This document shows, piece after piece, positions 37,995 to 51,933 of a stretch of 64,000 nt of DNA. Source of the DNA: Marsupella aquatica (lineage: Eukaryota; Plantae; Marchantiophyta); assembly GCA_973895155.1 (NCBI GenBank), contig OZ316896.1:9435525-9499524 (forward strand), written 5' to 3'. Position numbers and translations under genes: made by a program. Below the pieces are notes generated by a model. It saw only the letters and a program-made list of their open reading frames with translations, had not been told where the DNA came from and made no database searches. The first letter of the stretch is position 1. Each line of letters begins with the position of its first letter.

Positions 37995-39780
37995 GTCGGG
38001 TTTATGATGGATCCAAGCATATGACACTCCTGTGTCCATGGACGCCACTGTGCCTACATGCACCTCTATGCATTCTGGCACCCCATGCCTACCGTACAAT
38101 ATACTCACCGCGGATTAGCTATCTGCGTGTTTAAGGCCATCTATGGTCTCAAACAAAGTGGCAGAATATGTTTTCAGAAATTTACAGACGATATGCTTAC
38201 TCTGGGCTTCTCCCACAATGCAATCACACCGTGTCTTTTCATTAAACACCCCAATCACGAGTTTGTCGTTGTTGCCATCTATGTTGATGATCTTAATCTA
38301 TTTGGGACACCAACCCTCACGGACCAAACCGTTACCATGTTGAATAAATCCTTCAAAATGAAGGACCTGAGCGATACTAAGTTTTGCATAGGTTTGCAAC
38401 TAGACACTTTGCCCACTAGTATATTACTACACCAGACCACGTGCACGGAGAAAATCTTAAAGTAGTTTAACATGGACCTCGCTCACCTCCTCACATCTCC
38501 CATGGTCATCCGCCCCTTGGAGAACTCGGATGATATCTTTCAGAAATGCGAGGAGTCTGAGCCCATGCTAGGACCTGAGACCCCTTACCTTTCTGCTATA
38601 GGGGCTCTCATGTATTTAGCTAATCAAATTTGTCCTGACATAGCCTTTGCAATTAACCTTTTGGCTAGACATAGCGCAACACCTACTTCCCATCATTGGA
38701 ATAGGGCAAAACATTGTTTTCCGATACTTGCATGGCCATACCAACATGGGATTTTTCTTTCCCTTTAACTCTAGCTACTCATCACCTTGATGGCTATGCC
38801 AACGCCCAATACCTATCCAACACCGATATGGCGAGTATAGCGACGGAGACAGGAAACAAGTAAACAGGAATTCTTTTTCCTGTTTTTAATATACTGTTAC
38901 CATGAAAAAATCATTGTTACCAGGAAAAATGACAATTTAAAAATGTCTCCTAAAACATGTCATTTTCAAAAAAAATTAACAATGCAACATTTTTGGCTAG
39001 CTTTGGGCGCTAGCAAAACAAACTGGTCGACCAAAAAAAAAATTCTAAACTTTTTTTTCTCAAAAACATGTTCCACCCATTTTCCTGTTACCAGTTTTTT
39101 TCCTATTACCAGTTTCTGTTAGTAACTTCTATTTCCTATTTTGCTGTCTTTTGTAAACACCTCGATACGGCTAAATCACAACTAGGTATGTTTTCAGATT
39201 GGAGACACTACATTCTCTTGGAAAGCGTCAAGAAAACTGTCACCGCCACCTCTTCCAATCACTCCAAAATAATAGCCCTACATGAAGCCAACCACGAAGC
39301 TCTCTGGCTCCACTCCTTAATTACTTAACCATATACGCAATAACTGTGGCATAGACCCACTAACAAAGCCCACTAATATTTTTGAAGGCCATGCAACCTA
39401 TATTCAACAAATAACACATGGCTTTATCAAGGGCGATCGCATCAAGCACATTGGACCAAAATTCTTCTTCACCCACAAGCTTCAAGGCCGCAACATTCAA
39501 GGGACGCAAATTTCAAGTGCGGCAAATGCGCTGATCTTTTCAATAGAGTGTTGACAGCTACGATTCACCAACGTCATTGCCATGCAATTGGCTTCCGCCA
39601 ATTATGCCATTTGATGACCACCGACTGACGCCAATCACGACCATGATTCTATTTGACTTTCTCGCAAGGAGGATCGACCAGCTATACTTTTTTTTCCTTT
39701 AGGGACATTTTTTTCTCTACTACCCTAGTAGAGTTGTTTTTACCTTGCATTAGAGCCGCTAAAGGTTTTAACAAGGCAAC
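37995..39780 (+). mobile_element. Copia (Bianca-type) RT-RNaseH fragment with 3' UTR
   Basis: KAIYGLKQSGR, AIYVDDLNLFGT, PYLSAIGALMYLAN, TATSSNHSKIIALHEA, GFIKGDRIKHIGPKFFF. The 3' UTR motif AAGGTTTTAACAAGGCA is as seen in Bianca elements. Confidence 0.9.
38833..39163 (+). mobile_element. 331-bp non-autonomous element, copy A, 8-bp TSD
   Basis: Flanked by GATATGGC / GATACGGC. Removing it restores the Copia frame (YLSNTDTAKSQ). Ends are GAG...CTC. Confidence 0.8.
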
Positions 39781-40993
39781 CCACCTCCTTGGTCGATGTA
39801 CCATGCATAACTATAAGCATGATGAAAGATAGGGCAATTCCATGACAATTACTATTCTCTCTATGTAATTTCTAATTTGCTACTCTAGACAAAGACTAGC
39901 CATCTGTTCATGTAATCAAATGTCTAGAAAATCAAGACATCTAGTAATCCCTTGCCCACCCACCCCCATGCACGTTCATTTCAGTTGCATTGAGGACCTC
40001 TTTAGACATATCCATTCTTCTCCTATGCAAGAAATTGGTCAAGAGAGTTGTTGCTCTGAAAATGGTTGCAAACTTGGGCTTGGTGATGTCCCACGGTCTT
40101 TTCTGAAATTGCCTCCACTTCATCTTTAATCCGCCAATTCCCCACTTGACCTTCACTCTTAGTCTCTCTCCACTCTATTGAAGGTTTTGACCCAACTTCT
40201 AGGTAGCCTCATGGTCCTGATTTTTGTCTTTGTGAAGCCTTGAGATCATGATATACTTCCCCTTGCCAACATATCCTGAATCTCCTAGAATAAATTCACA
40301 GTACTCCTCCATGTGAGTGCAGAGCTGCTACCAATATACCTCCACCACTGAGTTTGTGAGGATAGTGATGTCGCGGTATGATCCTAGATACCCAACATCA
40401 ATGTATTGAATAAACCATATATTGTGATCGACCAAGATAGTGTTATTTAGACAATACATCTTCTTTCTCCCTTGGAACCACTTCTTATGGTATGGGTTCT
40501 CAAATGGCCTTTGAATGCTACACAAAGTACCATCTACAAACCCAATACATCCTAGCAATTGAGTTATGGTATGGGCTAGGATTGCCCTCTCTGTAGCATC
40601 GGGCCATCTAATTTCATCTCCAATTCCTTGATTTATACATGATGCAACAAAGATTGCATCATTGCAAATAGAAGATTGAGACCAGTTCCACCTTTGGGAG
40701 TCTAAGTAGACAAAGTTATCATGCTTCAGATATAGTAGGAAGTTCAATAGTCTATGCTCTGGACTTAATTTGCAAGAACGACCTCTCACAACATGACCAA
40801 AAGCTGTACTCCGTGCATTAGCTTGTAGGATGGGACACACACAAGCACACAACCCATGAAACTCTCCAGGCCAGAAATTAGTCAAACCCTTAAACTGTTG
40901 TGGAATTGCAAAAATGTTGGTGTACACATCGGTGACCCCAACGAGAGGATTGACAGATCTGCCATTTTCTCTGGATAGCTCGATGCACTGAAA

Positions 40994-43814
40994 GGGGTAT
41001 TTACAAATGACAAGAAATAGCAAACAGTAACAAGAAACAAAAACTGATAACACGAAAATGAGTGGTATTTGTTTTTAATTGAATTTTGTTTTTTTGAGGG
41101 AAAAGGTTTTTTTTTGTCGAATATAGTTTTTTGCTAGCGCCCGACCACTAGAAGAATCCGAGCTCATCTGAGACTGCAATATGTGACTGATTTTGGCTCA
41201 TGTGATTTCATTGTGACTCAACGTGACGGACCCAAGCTGTGACCCTTGGAGTTGCAAAAGTTGAGACCCAAAATTAGTAGTCACTATTGATACATGGAAT
41301 TGCGACTTGCTTGATACCCATTTGTGACTCTTTTGTGACTCTATCATGGAGTCTGGCCTTGTTTATAAGTGACTGTAATGTGACTTAAATTAGTCATAGG
41401 GTAAGTCATATCCGTGACTTACTTGCCATTAATATAGCGACTACCTTTTGTGGCATTTTATTGTCACAAAATAGACCAAGGGAGACCCTGGTCCGGTCAC
41501 ACTACACAACCATTTGGGTCTCTACATAGTCATTCTTATAACTAATAGGTTGAGATGGAATTTAGGGAAGTTATAACCATAACTAATCCAGTAATGAATT
41601 ATAGCAATGTAAATAGTGAATGAGGAGAGAGAGTCAATTCATGAGCACTCCACATGAAACAAAACATGATATAAGCAGATCAAACATAGTATGTACTCAT
41701 TCATAAGAATTGAGCAGAATGACAATATTGCTGAAAGATGAGAATCAGATCCATTACAATGGAACTGTTTACATTGTCATCAATGTAATTCAAAGAAAAT
41801 AGGAACTTGTAAACTGATAATTGTTTGAAATAATTCAAAGTAAATGCATTGAATTCCCCACCTCCCAGCAACGAGAGCTCACCTCTGCAAAAAAAACATC
41901 ACCTCTGCTCAACTCACCTCTGCAACTCATCTTTGGGCAAAACATCAAGCTACAACCAGAAATATAGCAGCGGATGTGGAGCAGACAAACGACACAGTAC
42001 AAAATGTGGCAAACAAAGGATCGATCACAGTAGCGTATTGGAGCATGGAAATTTGAGCTCCATCTCAAGGCAACGGGAATAAGTACATTGATCAACTGGA
42101 GACCAGATATGCGCATATGTGAATGTCATACCTTTCAAGCGGAAGTCGTAGGTAGAAGGCATGAACTTGCAAGCAGCAGCTTGCACTCTGTTGCCCCCTA
42201 CAGCTTACTAAAAGAACACTCCACTGGAAAGCAATGACAACGGATCGGAGCTCCTTCCCAATAGTAGCTCCCAAGTCCTAACGGCAGATACCCTAAACTC
42301 CCTTGACCGGTGCAGGCTCACTCCCCCAACCGCGCAACTACTCCCCTGATCGCGAAGCACACTGAAAAAAGCGCAGGCTCACAATGAAAAGAGCCGCAGC
42401 CCCAATCAAAGCTCCTCCCCAACCACCCTTCTCTGACCACGCAACATACTTCAAACGCAAAAGCAAGGCCCGGTTGGCCTTGCAGCCCGATGATCAAGCT
42501 CACACAATCAACTTTGTGAGACCTCCACAATCGACCCTTAACTTTCAACCCTGCCACCAAGCAATGAGCGGCCCAATGATCCATCTCGCTCCCCACTTTG
42601 TGAGACCTCCACAATGTGCCGACAACCTTAACCCTATCACCAAGCAATGACTCTTCGTTGTTGACTCCCTCAATGCTCACCCTAAACCTTCAACACTCCC
42701 GCCAAGTGGTGAAAAAAATTGCAATTGCTTCCCTTCTGGGTCAAGGTTTTTTGCTGTGGACAATGGAAGCAAAAACTTGTGGGTTTGCTTCACAAAGGGC
42801 CGCACTTTGCTAGTAAGGACCTGCACACACTGACTAAACACCTGAACACACACTTAGTGGCAGAATTGCTGCATACCCAAACCTATGCCAGCCCATTTCC
42901 AAAACCCCTAAACCCCTTTTCCATTGAGGCAAGCCGTTGAGCTTGCTAGTTGCACAAACACGGGCCTGAGCAACAAAGATTAGACCACTAGTGAGAGTTA
43001 GAGATAACTATGGAGATAACCTCAAAGCCACCCATTTAGACACAAAAATGAGGCCAATTAATATTACATGCATGCCAGTGTACGTGGGACCCTAGCTAGT
43101 GGCACATCTACCACTACATAGTTGGGATTTTTTTATGTTGTAACATATATTGGTAAACTGGTGGCATGCATATGCTGTAAACCCTAAATCCTAAAACCCA
43201 AAACCCTAGACCAAGCATAGTCCTTTAATTTACCTTGTAGATTACTTACCTTGTATCGCTATGTACGTACTCGCACGTACAATATTGCTAGGGCATTTTC
43301 TTTAATTTAGTCCCACTGACAAATGTCTTTAAAGGAACTAAGAAAATTATGATATATCCCGAATGGGATGTGTTGGACGGGGTCAAATGGGATTAGATTG
43401 TGATGTTAAACCCCAAAGTTCTCCTGCATGTAGAAAGGTCTATTGTATAGGAGTGACTTAACAAACTTAGTTATAGTTGCAACTTCCACAATAGTTATAG
43501 AAATGACTTCCCAAGGATTCTCCAAAACTCAGTCCACAACTTGTAACTAAAATGACACCAACAACCTAGGAGTCACAAATTTTGGAAGGTCTCAATGAAG
43601 TCACTTAAGGCAGGGTCTCAAAATGGCCTGGTTTCGTCTAGTGGACGCTGGTAATGCTAGCGCCCAAACCTAGCCAAAAAATGTTGTAATTTAATTTTGT
43701 TGGAAAATCTGACTTTTAGGAAATATTTTTACATTGTCATTTTTCCCAGTAACAATAAATTTTTGTTGGTCCCAGTAAACCTATTTCCTGTTTACGGTCA
43801 CGCGTGCCATACCC
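40994..43814 (-). mobile_element. Copy B of the 331-bp element (inverted), split by the CACTA
   Basis: 40994-41142 and 43647-43814 are the reverse complement of copy A. TSD CACTGAAA / CAGTGAAA. Confidence 0.8.
41146..43643. mobile_element. Non-autonomous CACTA (En/Spm) element, 2.5 kb
   Basis: TIRs CACTAGAAGAA... and ...TTCGTCTAGTG, 3-bp TSD GAC on both sides, dense GTGACT/AGTCAC subterminal repeats, no transposase. Confidence 0.92.
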
Positions 43815-46369
43815 CAGTGAAACAACTCCACATACTCTGCGTAAGCTTGAATCACCATCAACACCATAAGCATGCACATAAACTCTGAATTGTCCTCTCG
43901 TTCACCATTGCTAGTATCAATGCTATCAACGCTAGGGACACTAGGTGCAACCTGATCCATCGGTGGTGGCAACGAAATTAGATTCTCCAAGCTCAAAGTA
44001 TCAATGCGTGATTGTGGCAACTAGTGTCGGTTCTCCATTCTCAATAGAGCTCTTGCAAATGTCGCAAATCTATCTACTTCCTAACTCTGGCTCGACATAT
44101 TGCAATGGCAGGCAATGTAGCAGGCTCAATCAAGCACCAATGGAAGCTTGATTGTGTAGGCAGCGATGGCAAGAAAGGTACCCACCTACGTAGTAATGGC
44201 AAGAAAGGTAGCCAGTCCAAGAGGTCCTTGGTGCGCTTAAAGACCATCTAAGTTGAGACTTGACCTAGGCTGAACTCATGTTGTTGCATGCCAACACGTG
44301 TCCATTTTGAGTAAACTCAACTACCTTTATTAAACCTAGTTGGACTTTATGGATATTAGTTTTCATCTAGAGTTTGGGATAACCATAGCTCAAACTCTTG
44401 TTGACATTTCAAATATCTCTATTTCTAAAGAAGTTTTTTTGACTATGTAAGCGATTGCACTTATTGAGAAAATTCCGTGGGACTTTGGTCGACTGCCACT
44501 CCAATTGACATTCTCTTCTTAATTGACTACTTTGCAAATTGATTTGCTTATGCCTCATGTCCAGTCGATTCCTTCCTTCTCTTGTGAAATTTCTTATCTC
44601 ATTTTTCCTTTCCCTTATTGGATCAATTTCTTTTCCTAATTCATTTCTCTCTCCAATTTCCTTTGATCTCTCTGAATTCACTTTGAATTCTCTTAAAATT
44701 TATCTGAATTCTCTTTTTGTTCTTTCCTTTGGATTTTGCTTTCTCTTCTCTCAAATTTGATAGTTTGAAAGTGCATTGTCTAACTGCCATAGATTCTTCT
44801 CTTGGTCTTCAAAAATGATGATATGAAGATCCATCAATTCCTGTCAAGTAATCACCTCCTACAATCAAGTTGTCCTTGACTATGACCTCTCTCTTTAAAT
44901 TTTCTTCATTGAAGTGCTACGCTCTTTATTTGTATGTTTTGTTTTGGTGAGTCAAAGTGTCACTAACATGTTGGAATTCAAGGAAGCCATAGTTAGTGAG
45001 TATACAAGAGGTAAAAAATATAATCTCCATCTGACATGGATTCAACCGCTCTCCTTGTATTAATATATGTTATAGAACAAAGGTAAACTGGTCTTAACCA
45101 GGGTTAGATTAACCATAAATTAGATCTCTAACCTAGCTATAATACTTGTATCATAACATATAATTTAATTACAGTTTTTAACTACATTGTCACTAAAGAC
45201 GTGGCTTATTACAATACTGCCATGGTTTTTGCATAAATTATAATACTGCCATGGTTTTTGTATGTGGTTACTTGGGTTTAGATGGGTTAACCCGAGCTGC
45301 ATGTGTCTCATGCATGTTGGGTAAAAACTTGATCCATCCAGTTGGTAAAGTTTAGTTTCCATCAACTCTTTCACTTGACTCTCCCCCATGGACTGCGTTC
45401 ATTCAAAGTGTCTTGATTGTTCATCCACAGTTTGAAAGAGTCCCACGTCGCAATGTGAAACTAACACCCTAGCAGCCTTCTGAATGCCAGCCAGAAGGTC
45501 AAACGTTTTGGACAGGAGTTAGCAAATCATGAGGTTGGGAACATTGAAGTTGCTACAAAGAGGACCATCATGAAGCTCTAGTCGATCATAGTGAATAGAT
45601 GGGTTAACCAGGTAAAGTTGTTACAAAGAGGACCATCTTAAAGTTGATACTGCAGCCAATCATAGTGAATTGTTGCTACAAAAAGGACCAGTATTCAAAT
45701 GTGGAAGTACCAGCCAAAGCTAGGACCAAAATGTTGACATTGTTGCCGATTGTAGTGAATAAAAGAAGTCGGGCCAAGCTGCTGTGATCGTAGTGAATAG
45801 AAGAAGTCAGCGCTAGTAATCTCTAGACCACGATTTGCAACCAAATCACACTTAGGTGGGAATACATCTCAATTTCAACCTCTTTGATTGTTGCATATAT
45901 CTACAAATAAAATGCCTTGATCAGAAGTCCTCAAGAGTAGGTAAGATTGAACTTAGGGTAAGGTCATTGGCTTGAACATTATCACTTGCAGCTTTACATA
46001 ATTAGTGTAAATATGAGACATCCCAACAACATACCTAAGATCAAAATGTAGATCATCTAGTCACTTTGTTTTGAAAGGTGCTCATGATGGAGTTTCCCTT
46101 GTACCAGTGTGTAGTGCAATGTGTTTAGTCCCAGTAGAGTACGTGAAGATTTTTGTTCACATGTATTGTGATGTAGACCAACAAAGAGGCTTTATCAATC
46201 AAGCATTCTATGTACATCTTTTTTATTAAATATTTATGAGAGTGTTGTGTAATGTGTTATGATGTGAAGCTCAGTAAATTCCATTGGGAGACATTTATTT
46301 TTTGTTTAGTGAACGCTGGTCTTGAAACATGATCACCTTTATGTCTATATTTGTATGCAGAGTTTAGGG

Positions 46370-47900
46370 TGTGCATAAATCATTGGAGACATGCTTCAAG
46401 CTTCTTTCAAGAAAGGTGACACATTTGAAACTTGGCAAGCTGTTAGGAGGGCAACTGTCAAACACGAGGTGGCAACTGAGCGGGTAATTACAACATACAA
46501 AACTTAAGGATTCATTGCATTTTTTTTTGGAAAATGCAAAATGTGGTGGCATGAAAACCCTGTCCATAAATGTATGTTTGTGGTGCCTTTGAGTCATTAC
46601 GTGCTCCAAGACGGAAACCATTACCGTCACACAGCTCAATGATCACCGTAGTTGTTGTGCAGCAGACCATTATACCAAGCAAATGCATAATTGTTTTGAC
46701 TATCTACCTGGCTACGCTGATTTTTTAAATCATTATCAAAAATAGACAAACTAGAGCTTGTTCTTTGAGAGACACTGCCCAAGCTATTTGGCATCCAAAT
46801 GTTAAATTCATACAGCACATTCAGCCAAGAGAAGGGCTCTTGTATGCCTAGACGGTGATGAGAAGGAGTCTTTCCATCTCATTCCTAGTCACTATCACCA
46901 CATTTTGCAAAGAGATCCAGGTGCTATGGCAAACTACAACGCACCTAATGGATCCATTCAACCCTTATTTGTGTGTCCTAATGCTTCTTGAAAGGCGTAT
47001 CCACATTGTAGGCCACTCATTGCACTAGACTGCACACACGCAAGCTCTGCATATCCCAGATGTCATTGGTAGCCACTATGTTGGATGCTAACAACACTGT
47101 TATGATTTTGGCATACAATATGGTTTTGTCGGAGAATGAAGAGTTCTGGATGAGATTTTCAAAGGCCTTGCATGCATTCATGATGCAATCCCAAAGTTGT
47201 CTTGCAATAGTATAGTTTTTATTTTAGATAGAGAAAAGGGATTGCAAAATGCTATAGAAGAGGTTTTTCCATTTGTTTTCCATGATTTTTGCACTTGGAA
47301 AATGGGAAAGAATTTACAAGCTCATTCAAACAAGGCATGTAGCAAGGAAGGCTTTCGATGGGCTGGTATATGCTGCTAATGAAGACCAGTACTTGCAGCA
47401 GTTAGACCGCATTGAGGATGAATACCCATCAACATTTGATTACATTGTGAAAACTGCTGATCCATCTCATTAATTATTCAAGAGCTTTCATGCCATACCA
47501 AGTGATACACCAAACAACCCCATTGCTGTTGTAGTTTTTTTGTAATGAAATTATAAATTAGCCTTGTCTTCATCTCCTAACCTGCAGCTTCATTGTGCTT
47601 ATCAGGTGGGGCCATGAGACATCATAGCAATCAGAGAGCAGTAATCGAGCACTGAAGGCTGAATGGCAGGAAGTTGCATTCAAACAATCAAATCTGATTT
47701 GGGATTACATGATGAAGCACTACTACAAAAAGAGGGTGCTAGCCCAACAGAAGTTAGTATTATAGATTTGAGTGGTAGGCACTTCTTGGTGAGTTTGGAG
47801 CCATTGAAGGAATATATGTTCTTGTGGTGATTGTCAGGATGTCGGTATTCCTTGCATTCATGCAGGGAGAGCTATTACTTGATTGCATCTTTGCCACTAC
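46370..47900 (+). pseudogene. MuDR/MULE transposase remnant
   Basis: CRPLIALDCTH, ATMLDANNTVMILAY..SENEEFW, VFILDREKGLQNAIEEVFP..HDFCTWKMGKNL and SWIM-type CSCGDCQDVGIPCIHA; many stops. Confidence 0.85.
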
Positions 47901-50900
47901 AACTTTGTTTCTTTTAAGATATACTAGTTTACCCAAGGTTAACTTAACCTTGGTTAGACATCTTTGTACTTTACCACATACTTACACATATATATACCCA
48001 GGGAGAAGTTGAGATGGTTGGAGTTTTTACTCAACACATTATCAACACTTTTGACTATACCAGATCAAGCAATGGCCATGGTGAATTGAGTGACAAGAAG
48101 GGGATTAAAATTGAAAAGACATCCACAAGGACATCAATTTCAATGAAGGAAACCAGAAGAAAATTAAATAAAAACAGAGAAAGCACTCAAGAAGCATCAA
48201 GATCCAATTTCAGCTTAGGGACCCAATTTCATAAGGACATCGAGTCAAAGCATTCATATCCACCAAGACAAAGCAGCATTCAGTTTGAATTTCATAAGGA
48301 GTGATTTGAAAGATTCAAAGAGACGCAAAAATTAATAAGGACATTGGAAACGCATTCACGAGAGAAGAGACCAAAAAGTATATTGCAGCAAGAAATTCAA
48401 AGAAACGACAGACCCAAACAAAGACAAACTCTAATTGACACAAAAGCAAATCAAAAAGGAGAAGCAGGAATTTCATATGGACATCGATTCGTAAAGACAT
48501 AGAGCAATCAGGAAAGAGCAACTTGCAGAGGCATAACGGCATCAGCAAGAGTGAATTGAACCAAAGAAGATTCGCCCACAATGAATATTCATGACAACAC
48601 CAATGTCCAAAGAGAAACTTTTTGACCAAGAGAGATCCAAAACGGTACTAAATTTTGCAAAAAATTAATAAAGACCTAAGAATCAAAACATAGAAAAATA
48701 GACCCAACCATAAGGAGAGCGTAAGGAAGAGCAAAAAGGCAGCAACGCAACCACAAAGAGATTCCATAAGGACAGGAGGATCTCAAAAGCATACAAAGAA
48801 TCGAGAAGCAATCTCCAGAAGCAGAGGCACAAATCGACATAAAGAAAGAGAAGCAATTATTGATGTAGCAGGACCAACTAAAGGAACACAAAAACTCTGA
48901 AGGAAGAATGCAGCCCGATCAAGCAAGAGGTTGAAGAGGAGGAAGACAAATTGAGGGAGACTGGGCGCAGAACAAACCATCAACAAAATATCGCAACATT
49001 GCAACCAAAAATGTCTAGCAAACCTCAAGAACAACCACTAAGTGAAAAACCCTCCTTAAGTGCAAAACCTGTCAAAGAAATTTCTGGATACAATAAAAAA
49101 TATGCACTTAACCAAGGAAATGCACATAATTGAACACCCTCCACAACTGCAACCCATAACAAAGACAAAATTTGTTTACAAAGGAATCCGTACACTTAAC
49201 CTGCAGGGATTGCACTAAAACCTAATCACAAACCATAAACTTCATTTTTCCCAAACCTATTGTCGAATAAAGAAAACCTAAAAACAAAGCTTTTGAAAAA
49301 CTCCATAAACCTAACCATATTTTGGGTTAACAAAATCAACCTTATCTTAATAAGGGAAACACTAAAAACCAAATCTGAAACAGGCACTAACACCACATAT
49401 TTCATTTCCAAAAGCACACAAAACCTACAATCATCATCAAATGACATCATTTTCTTTCCTTCAAAAATGACATTAACCACAGTTTTCAAATAATACTTGA
49501 AAATACCTTATCATACACATTAACCCTAAATAACCCTAACCCTAATACTAGCATTATGGCAACCATAGAAAAGCTAAATTTTCTCCCATTAACCATTGAG
49601 GGGGAGAACTACCTATCATGGTCCCTAGATATAAAAGCCAATTTAGTATCCAAAGACATCCATGACACGATTACCACTGACCAAGGAACCACACTACAGC
49701 AGAAAGCGAAAGCTTTAGTATTTATACGACATCATCTAGTAGAACCCCTAAACATCCAATACCTGAACAAAGAAAATCCTAAACGCCTTTGGGAATAGTT
49801 AAATGATAGGTTTGATCACACTAAGACTATCCACCTCTCCAGAGCCCGACATGATTGGGTTAACCTCAGAGTTCAGGACCACACCTCTATCTCGACCTCT
49901 ATAGCAAATTACAACAACAAACTTTTTAGGATTACCTCACAGTTGGCATTGTGCGGCAACCGGTGAACGATGAATAGCAAATAGAGAAGACACTCTCTAC
50001 ATTCCACTCCCATAACATGATACTGTCATCACAGTATAGGAATATGAAGTTCACTGAGTACTCTAAATTGATAGCCCACATGTTACTCGCCGAAAGGCAT
50101 CAAGAGGTGCTACTCAAGAACTCAAAGATGTGACCCCTCGGAACCCTACCATCCATCGAGATGCACTTTGGCATGCCTCCTAGTAGTAGAGGCGGACCAC
50201 GAGGCAGTTTCAACCACAATAGCCAAGGAAGACCATCCTTCAGAGGAGGCAGACCATTTGGAGGCAAAAGATTTTCCTATGTCAGGGGGAGAGGTAGAGG
50301 CCGTGGAAGTAGAGGAAGTCGTGGAGATGGAAGAATGAGCTTCACATACACCCGCGGAGGAACGGGTTGACCTGGAATTCCAACCCAACGGGGCAGCTCT
50401 TCACGATAGAATGCAGACAAGCCCGTGGAATGTTTTCGATGCGGCACCAAGGGACATCCACAAAAGTTATGCCGTTTACCTCCCCATCCCATTTAGTAGC
50501 CCTCTACCAGCAGAATAAGAATAATAACACTCAGGAGACACATGGCACATTCTTAGAGCATGATGCACATCTCAAAGAATACACTCACGGTGAGGCCATT
50601 CTTGAGACCCACATGATTGCACAACGATAAGACTCTTTACCCTTGGATGATATTAGAACATGTATAGTAGATAGTGGCACGTCCCATACTATACTTAAGT
50701 GTAGAGATTATTTCACCCATATTACTCCATCCCATAGGAATATGACCACTACCATGGGGAGTAATCAGATAGAAGAAGGCCATGGACCTGCCACCATCAT
50801 TTTACCCAAGGGCACCACTATTCATATTAAGTCCGCTATCTATGTGCCTAACGCCACGAGGAACTTAATTAGTTTCAAGGACATTAGAGATAATGGATAT

Positions 50901-51933
50901 CATATTCATACCAATACTGATAAGAATACTTGTGAGGGCATGCAAATAAATGAAACTCTTTTCGGTTATCCATTGGGTTTTATGTTACCCAGTTGAATGT
51001 TTTTCATTCTACCACATATGATATGTCACTACATGACCTTTGGCATACTAGGTTAGGACATCTTGATATAAGCATGTTTTAGAAAATGAAGAAAGTAACC
51101 CACAACATACCAATGAAGGCATGTCCAACACATTTAAATCAAAAATGCATGGCATGTTCTCAAGAAAAATTAATACTTAGACCTTCTATTTCTAAGACTA
51201 TCCATGAAATGCCTAGATTTTTAGAATGTGTGCATGCGGATGTATGTGGTCCTATCGAACCACCGAGTGGTCCATTTAGATTTTTTTAGTCATAATTGAA
51301 GCATCTTCAAAATGATCGCAAGTTTCATTACTTTCCACACAAAACATGGTCTTTCCTAGACTTTTAACACACAACTGAAGCTAAAAGTCCAATTCCCTGA
51401 AAACCCCATCAAGACAATTAAGGTTGATAACGCAAAAGAATTCACTTCAAAAACATTCAAAGATTTTTGCATGGCTACATGGATAGATGCCCAATACCCT
51501 GTACCTCATGTCCATTTTCAAAATGGTATTGTTGAATCCGTTATTAAGAGAATCCAAATGATAGCAAGACCTATGCTCATGCAGAAACAGTTACCTACAA
51601 TTACTTGGGGTCATGCCATTTTACATGCGGCATCTTTACTTAAATATCGTCCATCAGCGTACAATGACCTAACTCCACACCAATTAGCTTTTTTTGCTCT
51701 TTTTTTTTAATTTGGATTTTATTCTACGTGAACCCCACGGATGAGGGGACCAAGCAGGCCAAACGGCAACAGTGCCAAAAGGGCAGTGAGTACAAGCTCC
51801 AAGACCAAAGAGTCCAGTAAGGAACATGGTATCTTTCTAACACTAGGCTCTTGGCAGGCCAAAAGCAACATATCTAAAAAACAAACAAACCCGAAGGGCA
51901 TGCCATCCAGAGTCCAGCAGAGGGGCATTACTT

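Larger units (their letters stand above)
39941..44020 (-). pseudogene. Second Harbinger transposase, interrupted by nested insertions
   Basis: IRWPDATER, GCIGFVDGTLCSIQRP, GRKKMYCLNN, ILGDSGY, VKWGIGGLKMKW, LTNFLHRRR. The N terminus (..YVELF at 43823-44020) rejoins QCIELSRE after the insert is removed. Confidence 0.88.

Noticed and set aside
45068-45158. TGTTA...TAACA 91-bp possible solo LTR
   Set aside because: Only a TATA 4-mer flank in AT-rich DNA and no second copy in the window.
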